Shown here piece by piece: positions 45,952 to 51,402 of a stretch of DNA of 51,402 nucleotides. The first letter of the stretch is position 1, and every line of letters begins with the position of its first letter. A program made the position numbers and the translations under genes. This DNA comes from a virus. Lineage: Duplodnaviria > Caudoviricetes. Where the stretch lies: IMG/VR virus record IMGVR_UViG_3300025168_000010, positions 1 through 51,402 of that record. One strand, given 5' to 3'. A model generated the notes under the pieces. It had not been told where the DNA came from and made no database searches. It worked only from the letters and a program-made list of their open reading frames with translations.

Positions 45952-46261
45952 CTGTACCTCCTAGTGGTTCTTCATCAGTTAAGAAAACCTTGTCTGCAAT
46001 AAGAACAGTGTTCCTACCCTCAGACCCAAGCCTTCCTGTCACATGTACTACTTCTCCCTGACCTTCTTTTGCAAGCATCACAGCATTGTTACCGAACGCA
46101 AGCATTCTAATATAAGTATCGAACTTAGCCTTCTCTAGACTAGGGTTCCTAAGAACAACTCGAACCTTCTTCCCACTGGATACAGAGGGGCCGCAGTCGT
46201 CAACCTCTGTGACTAAACCACAGAAGTTAACAGAGTTTGGATATTGATTTTTAAAGCCCAT
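45938..46261 (-). CDS. Second, tailless SSB/PriB-like OB-fold protein
   Basis: NSVNFCGLV...YIRMLAFGNNAVML...GEVVHVTGRL matches the SSB OB-fold pattern; only 107 aa. Confidence 0.65.
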   Translation of the reverse strand: MGFKNQYPNSVNFCGLVTEVDDCGPSVSSGKKVRVVLRNPSLEKAKFDTYIRMLAFGNNAVMLAKEGQGEVVHVTGRLGSEGRNTVLIADKVFLTDEEPLGGTDGSR

Positions 46262-46270
46262 TAGTTCTCC

Positions 46271-47086
46271 CTAAAATGGAATGTCACTGTTGCCTGCATC
46301 GGCAAAGTACTGGTTAACTTTCTCTTTAAGAGTTCCATCCTCGTACCACTTCACAGCGGTATGAGATGCTATCTTCACTTGCTTATCTGAAGCATCGTTC
46401 GGGTGAGCAACACCCTTCCCAGTAAACTTATCGTCTTTAAAGGGAGCGGTTGCTGCCTCAATAACAGAGAGTAGTTGATCTTGGACACCCAACTTGGAAC
46501 CAATAACCTTAAACCTTGCAAGCCTACGCTGTCTTGGAGACTCTATATGGCGAACAGAATCATCTATTGATAGTAGGTGCCCTTGCACTTCTCGTATAGA
46601 TGGAGCAACACAGTATCCACCCTTTGTCCATACTAACCTTTCTTCAGGCACACCACTTGGTTTGTTCTGACTTGGCTTTGCATATGTTCTTCCGAGTTCG
46701 TAAAGGTGTCTACCCATTCCCCAGAGGACAGCAGATCGTTTGATTGCTCCTGAGATTCCTCCCTTCTCTGCTTCAACCTTAGTGTCTCCGGCTCCATCCC
46801 ACTTCCAGACCCACTCTCCAGCGATCTTAATGCCGATGCCGCCGAGAGTCTTACTGCCCTCAACTCGTATTTGTATTTGCCAGTTGGCTGGTCCCACCAC
46901 ATCATCGAGTCTCTCCTGTATACATCTACTATCAAGATAAGCCAATAGTTGAGCACTGCCATTCTTAGTCATTGATTGAACTCTCCAGTAAACCTCCTCA
47001 TCTACAAAAGGCCGTCTCAACCTAGACAATATTGATTCCATGTTTCTGCCATCAATTTGTTGTGGCCACTTTTTACTTGCTGTCAT
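46271..47086 (-). CDS. Rad52/Rad22-family (Sak-like) single-strand annealing protein
   Basis: LRRPF...WRVQ...LAYLDSRCIQERLDDVVGPANW...WKWDGAG...EAEKGGISGAIKRSAVLWGMGRHLY. Confidence 0.9.
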   Translation of the reverse strand: MTASKKWPQQIDGRNMESILSRLRRPFVDEEVYWRVQSMTKNGSAQLLAYLDSRCIQERLDDVVGPANWQIQIRVEGSKTLGGIGIKIAGEWVWKWDGAGDTKVEAEKGGISGAIKRSAVLWGMGRHLYELGRTYAKPSQNKPSGVPEERLVWTKGGYCVAPSIREVQGHLLSIDDSVRHIESPRQRRLARFKVIGSKLGVQDQLLSVIEAATAPFKDDKFTGKGVAHPNDASDKQVKIASHTAVKWYEDGTLKEKVNQYFADAGNSDIPF

Positions 47087-47124
47087 ACTTACTCCTCGGT
47101 GGTTAACGCCACCATCGTGCTGTG

Positions 47125-47153
47125 TTGATAGCCCACGGCTATCGTTGTGTCAA
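47125..47153 (-). promoter_or_regulatory. Leftward sigma70-type promoter of the recombination operon with a perfect 7-3-7 palindrome
   Basis: Minus strand TTGACA (47153-47148)-N17-TATCAA (47130-47125); GATAGCC-CAC-GGCTATC at 47127-47143. Confidence 0.65.
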
Positions 47154-47259
47154 GGAGAATCCGCAAATGAGAGGCAAAACCAACCCACGGATCCGCTACT
47201 CCCGACCCGGAAATCGAGCCGAGCGATACCTCTACCGAGGTACCAACCGCTACACTCTG

Positions 47260-47571
47260 TTGAGTGAGTGGAAGAAAAGAACTGCTTGTAGAATAGGTAG
47301 GAAGAAAAGAAGTATCTTCGTTATCAAAGAAGCAATAGGTATACTTGAAACCTGTGCTGAAGAACTCTCTGTCTCCTTTAAGGAGATCACATCTGCTACC
47401 TTGGACATATACTTCAGAAGAAGGATGAAGAATAACTTCCCTATCTTCTTTGAGTACAAGAACTCTATCCATTCTATCGTTCAAGAATGGTACCATGAGA
47501 ACATGGAACTTGAGATCGAGGTAAACATCAACAGGATTGATGAAGACCTTATCTCTGAACTTAAAGGTTAA
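47260..47571 (+). CDS. Putative ribbon-helix-helix DNA-binding protein (start uncertain)
   Basis: KRSIFVIKEAIGILETCAEELSVSFKEITSATLDIYF fits the RHH strand-helix-helix pattern; its stop overlaps the dnaB stop (TTAA 47568-47571). Confidence 0.45.
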   Translation: MSEWKKRTACRIGRKKRSIFVIKEAIGILETCAEELSVSFKEITSATLDIYFRRRMKNNFPIFFEYKNSIHSIVQEWYHENMELEIEVNINRIDEDLISELKG

Positions 47572-48968
47572 GACCATGATGGAGGCCAAGCACCGTTCCA
47601 CCAAGAAGGCACAGGCTCTTCTGTATCGTACACCCTACCCCAAGCAGTCTGAAGCACAAGGTCAACATCTTTCCTTGCTGCCTCCCTCGCTGCTAGGCTT
47701 ATCAGTTGAACAGGTTGGAACATAGTGGAAAGGTCATCGTCTGTGTAGTGTTCAGATGATGCTGCTTTTTTAGGTGGAGCATAATAGAACGGACGATAGA
47801 TACCAAAGGCAAGTCCGGCATCTTGTAAGAACTTATCTGAACCACGGAAGTCACTAGGATTAGGTACTCCCTTCTTACCATTCTCTAACCGTGTATCTAA
47901 TGTTCGATTGAACTGGGCAAGGGCTACAATAGCAACACGTTCTTCTTTAGCAACTTGCCTAACAGCATCAGCAATAGAGTCTAAGCGAGTACGCTCATCT
48001 TGCTTTCTTCCATACCCTGTCAGTAGTTGGATGTAGTCTATCCATATTACCTCACAGCCATGCACTCTCTTCATTTGTCTAATGCTAGATGCAACCATAT
48101 CAATGTTTCTAGATGCAGAGTCAACATGTATAGGCATCCTGGAGACTTCTTCTAAGCCCCACCTGAAGACATCTTTGTCATCGTCGTTACCATGAAGAGC
48201 CTCACGTAGAGAGACGCCTCCAAAGTAAGCGGCAAGTCTATAGGCAAGTTGTTTACTTCCCATCTCTACGGAAATGATTCCTTGTGGTATCCCAGCAATA
48301 GCACCCTTAGCAGCAGCAGCAAGCATGAACGATGTCTTACCCATCTTAGTTCTACCACCAATGTAAGTAGGCAATCCTCTTGGCCAGCCTAGGTAGTGCT
48401 TATCAAAACTAGGCATACCACTAGGAACGAACTCACTAATAGAACTATCTCCACTACACATGCCATCAAAGGATTCGGCTGCCTCACTGATGACATTAGC
48501 CGCTGACATGATAGCACCGATAGACTTAGTTCCATTCTTTTCAAGAACCATCTTCTCAGCGTATGCCCTGATCTCCTCTACTGATTCAGTGCCATCTACT
48601 ATCTTGTTCTTTATATCTTCAACAGAAGTCATCAGTCCTCTAAGGACTGAGCAGTCATAGATTACTTTAGCATAGGCTGGTAACTTAGAATCAATTACAG
48701 CATTGTCTCCCAATGAATGTAGGTACTGAATTGAGCCATACCTATCTTCACATTGTTGTTCCCCTTCCTTTTCTATCAGCACATGTAGACTTACTGGTTC
48801 ATTGGAAGATACTTGTTTCTGTATCCATTCGTACAGAAGTCCATGACCAGTAGAACTGAAGTCATCTTTAGATAGGATACCTTCTACAAGGTCTAGGCCT
48901 ATACCTTCTCCAAGTATTAGTGAGCCTAATACTATTCTCTCTGTTTCACTAGGGTACAATTGATTCAT
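47568..48968 (-). CDS. dnaB: Replicative helicase, DnaB family
   Basis: N-terminal ETERIVLGSLIL domain; GGRTKMGKT, ISVEM, IDYIQL, LAQFNR, DFRGS...QDA motifs. Confidence 0.93.
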   Translation of the reverse strand: MNQLYPSETERIVLGSLILGEGIGLDLVEGILSKDDFSSTGHGLLYEWIQKQVSSNEPVSLHVLIEKEGEQQCEDRYGSIQYLHSLGDNAVIDSKLPAYAKVIYDCSVLRGLMTSVEDIKNKIVDGTESVEEIRAYAEKMVLEKNGTKSIGAIMSAANVISEAAESFDGMCSGDSSISEFVPSGMPSFDKHYLGWPRGLPTYIGGRTKMGKTSFMLAAAAKGAIAGIPQGIISVEMGSKQLAYRLAAYFGGVSLREALHGNDDDKDVFRWGLEEVSRMPIHVDSASRNIDMVASSIRQMKRVHGCEVIWIDYIQLLTGYGRKQDERTRLDSIADAVRQVAKEERVAIVALAQFNRTLDTRLENGKKGVPNPSDFRGSDKFLQDAGLAFGIYRPFYYAPPKKAASSEHYTDDDLSTMFQPVQLISLAAREAARKDVDLVLQTAWGRVYDTEEPVPSWWNGAWPPSWS

Positions 48969-49122
48969 CTTTTATTTCTCCTTATTGAGATTGTAAGTAT
49001 AATTATAAGTAATAACGTTTCAGTAGTATAAGTACTGAAGTATAAGGTACTGTTGCTACGTTTCAGTATATAGCATAGTAGGTACGAAGTACCGTAGCAA
49101 CGCTTCGTTATGCGAGTGGTTC

Positions 49123-49151
49123 TTGACAGCGGCTAAGCCACCGGTTATCGG
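49123..49151 (+). promoter_or_regulatory. Putative promoter of the XRE gene with AGCC-ACC-GGTT box
   Basis: TTGACA 49123-49128, N17, TATCGG; AGCC in the same register as in the 47125-47153 promoter. Confidence 0.5.
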
Positions 49152-49170
49152 CCTGTGCAGGAGGTGTCAA

Positions 49171-49518
49171 ATGAAAAATGCAGAAATCGCAAAAAGGCAG
49201 GTTGGACCGTTGCTTTTGGCCGGACAGATTTTGTCCGCTTGGAGGGGTGGGGTGTCGGTGTCACAGCGAGCAATGGCGAGACGACTAGGGGTGAAGCAGC
49301 CTACATGGAGGAACGTAGAGTTAGGAGTAAAGCCTCCTGGAAGAGTTCTATTTATCAGAATGATATTGCTTTTAAGGCTAAAGAAAAAGCAAATCACTAC
49401 GTTGAGTACACTGTATCACTACTACGATATAGGATTAGACGCAGGTGACAAGGAGATAACAGACATACTCTGTGCCTTTGACTTGAATCCAACAGACCTA
49501 GGAGACCTACTACAGTGA
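49171..49518 (+). CDS. XRE/Cro-CI family HTH regulator
   Basis: LSAWRGGVSVSQRAMARRLGVKQPTWRNVELG..PP; ATG 49171 after GGAGGT. Confidence 0.8.
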   Translation: MKNAEIAKRQVGPLLLAGQILSAWRGGVSVSQRAMARRLGVKQPTWRNVELGVKPPGRVLFIRMILLLRLKKKQITTLSTLYHYYDIGLDAGDKEITDILCAFDLNPTDLGDLLQ

Positions 49519-50396
49519 GGGACACTATAGTAGCAACCAAGGCTTTCTCTAAGGGCAACGTAAAGAGTACGGACTTCGGGTATTACATCGCAAACTACTC
49601 CTTCATTAAAGATGGTAGGCAAAGAAAGAAGTACGTCATCAATCTAGGAACTGTAATGCTTGGTACACAGCCTTACTTCCTAGGAGTATGTAAGGGAGAG
49701 AGGTTTATCTTCCTCGGACTCAACGGTAAGGTATGGAGAATACCTGCGAAACTACTAAAGAATAATGTAGTTGTGCCGACAACTACAGACTTGGACGCGC
49801 TGCGTTCGTGGGCAGATACAGTATCTCACCGGATAGTAGAGACCTTATCTCCTAAGTTATCAATGAGGATAACAAAGGAAACTAACCGTAGGTACAACCT
49901 AATGGTCAAGGCTCTAGTTGGTAAGCGGATAGAGGAAGCAGCGGTGCTTGGCTTCGATAGAAGTTACGCCTACTACGCTGAGTACATAAACAGGAACTGG
50001 CAGAAGGTAGACCTAGTAAGCCCAAGGTTCCCTACCTTAAAACACGCGCTGCATGTGTCCCTTATGCTCGCCCTACCAGCAGAGACAGCAGGTACTCTAA
50101 TCGAGATAGGTGCGCTCAGTGAGTTCAGGTGTCCGTTGATAAGCAAGGACATAGGTATGTCTATCTATCAGCAAGCAGTCCAGTTGTTATCTCGCCTGTG
50201 TCCAGAGTGGTGGAACAACGGCGCTTTAACTCAATGGGAATACATAGGTAGTCTTGATGACTTGTTGTACAAACAGTACGCGAACATAGTCATCAATGCT
50301 TACAACCAACAAGTTGATCTGCCCACTGCGGCAGGTGCGGTGAGGTCGGATCCGCTGGCTTCACATAATAGAAGAGCAATAGAGTTTGAAGAATAG
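49515..50396 (+). CDS. Hypothetical protein
   Basis: 293-aa ORF, GTGA overlap with the upstream gene. Confidence 0.65.
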   Translation: MRDTIVATKAFSKGNVKSTDFGYYIANYSFIKDGRQRKKYVINLGTVMLGTQPYFLGVCKGERFIFLGLNGKVWRIPAKLLKNNVVVPTTTDLDALRSWADTVSHRIVETLSPKLSMRITKETNRRYNLMVKALVGKRIEEAAVLGFDRSYAYYAEYINRNWQKVDLVSPRFPTLKHALHVSLMLALPAETAGTLIEIGALSEFRCPLISKDIGMSIYQQAVQLLSRLCPEWWNNGALTQWEYIGSLDDLLYKQYANIVINAYNQQVDLPTAAGAVRSDPLASHNRRAIEFEE

Positions 50397-50399
50397 GGA

Positions 50400-50702
50400 G
50401 TGCTTATGTTTAAAAAGAAAAGACTTACACCAGAAGAGTTCGTTACTGCGTGGCAACTAGCGGAGTCAATTGATTTCTTCTGTGAGAATACAGGAATGAA
50501 GAGAGGCTCGGCAGTGGTACGTGCTTCCTACTACCGCAAGAGGGGGATCAACTTAAAGAAGTTCCCTCGTGGTCCTAAAGGAAAGAAGTGCCTAGATGTA
50601 GAACTGCTGAACCAACTCATCTCTGCGTCTACTGGGGCAGTAGTCGTTACTGATGATGATGGCTCAGCAGATTCTATCTGGACAGAATCTCCGTTCTGCT
50701 AA
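50400..50702 (+). CDS. Putative HTH-like DNA-binding protein
   Basis: EEFVTAWQ..ES...TGM...RASYYRKRGINLK resembles a small conserved phage family (recalled). Confidence 0.55.
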   Translation: MLMFKKKRLTPEEFVTAWQLAESIDFFCENTGMKRGSAVVRASYYRKRGINLKKFPRGPKGKKCLDVELLNQLISASTGAVVVTDDDGSADSIWTESPFC

Positions 50703-50705
50703 CAG

Positions 50706-50903
50706 TTACTCTGAGAGTGCTGCTTGTCCGTCGGTGTATGCTTGACCAAGGATATAACTAACGATAACCGTGGTTGAAGCGTACAGTGCTGACGCTGGGT
50801 CAATGACACCTGACATTGTTTCAAGAGCGATAGGTGTCAATGCACCTATAACTGCCATCCAAAACTTACGACTAATTACTTTTACTTTAATCTCTTCCCA
50901 CAT
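50706..50903 (-). CDS. Putative holin
   Basis: SRKFWMAVIG...YILGQAYTD with two hydrophobic segments; GGAGG RBS. Confidence 0.7.
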   Translation of the reverse strand: MWEEIKVKVISRKFWMAVIGALTPIALETMSGVIDPASALYASTTVIVSYILGQAYTDGQAALSE

Positions 50904-50969
50904 TACTACCTCCTAGTAAGGATGTTCTCGATAACATGACAAAGAAATATTACAAGTTGGAGCCTGACA

Positions 50970-51083
50970 ATGAGACAGAATAAGCCAGACCCTTACGCGT
51001 GGGCACTTGCGTGGTGCATCGTTATATACATTGTGATTTACTTTGTTGGTGGACCTTATACGAAGTATATAAATATTTCATAG
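50970..51083 (+). CDS. Small single-TM peptide (37 aa, not in ORF track)
   Basis: GGAG RBS; MRQNKPDPYAWALAWCIVIYIVIYFVGGPYTKYINIS*. Confidence 0.45.
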   Translation: MRQNKPDPYAWALAWCIVIYIVIYFVGGPYTKYINIS

Positions 51084-51095
51084 TGGTTGGAAGTT

Positions 51096-51311
51096 ATGCC
51101 GAAGATAGTCAGAACATTCACGGGTTGGCAGTTAATGGATATACAAATGTCTTTGCACATTGGTCTGCTCCCGAACAGACAGAAGCCAGTCCTTTACGCT
51201 ATGGACGAGGACGAAAAGATTACAGCACTCGCTGTGTTCTCAGACGACAAGGCGGTCGCGCTTGCCCGAATGCTCCTAAACAAAGTGGGAGAAGGGAACA
51301 GTGCTCAATAA
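51096..51311 (+). CDS. Hypothetical protein
   Basis: ATG 51096, 71 aa, coupled to the ORF that continues at 26..343. Confidence 0.55.
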   Translation: MPKIVRTFTGWQLMDIQMSLHIGLLPNRQKPVLYAMDEDEKITALAVFSDDKAVALARMLLNKVGEGNSAQ

Positions 51312-51402
51312 ATACAAGGCAGAGTTGGTAGAGGTTGGCGTTGTTTCAAATGAAGCAGTGCTTAACCTAATCAATTCATTAAACCGTGGGCCTATATCTA
51401 CA
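51276..51402 (+). repeat. Terminal direct repeat, right copy
   Basis: Identical to 1-127. Confidence 0.95.

Noticed and set aside
47089-47604. 171-aa minus-strand ORF between dnaB and sak
   Set aside because: Runs through a clear promoter/palindrome and is antisense to a more protein-like RHH ORF; treated as a shadow, though not excluded.
1-51402. Stop-codon reassignment, tRNA genes, DGR/retron reverse transcriptase
   Set aside because: Core genes are intact under code 11 with all three stops used at coupled junctions; no cloverleaf or RT (YxDD with flanking motifs) gene was recognised by eye. tRNAscan-SE and HMM searches would confirm.

Overview
The window is a complete, circularly assembled dsDNA tailed-phage genome of 51,275 bp: bases 1-127 are repeated exactly at 51276-51402, most likely an assembler k-mer overlap. 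The layout is podovirus-like. An A-rich early region of small unknown genes (1.3-8.3 kb, led by a DUF932-like gene) is followed by a non-coding gap that may hold the packaging terminus (8.3-8.9 kb). Next come a metallophosphoesterase/LysM/small-gene block, TerL-portal-scaffold-major capsid-short tail genes, ejection proteins ending in a 3,399-aa giant protein, and a leftward replication/recombination module (DnaB, Rad52/Sak, two OB-fold SSB-like proteins, a Cas4-like nuclease, RuvC-like resolvase, bacterial-type DnaG). An XRE-HTH gene, a holin and an amidase complete the circle. I recognised no DNA polymerase, integrase, tRNA or true CRISPR array. The most striking unexplained structure is three tandem expression cassettes (5319-8278). 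Each opens with the same bipartite element, TAACCTTCGCTCCGCTACGGTT-N10-TGTATTAATTAA...ATACATTTA...TAGGAG, and closes with an intrinsic terminator. The template strand of the element carries a GC(GGA)GC mini-hairpin like N4 virion-RNAP single-stranded promoters, and the cassettes shrink stepwise (about 2.0, 0.6 and 0.3 kb) toward the putative genome end. A separate AGCC-N3-GGYT operator-like palindrome sits on three TTGACA promoters. All family assignments come from reading motifs by eye; no database search was run.
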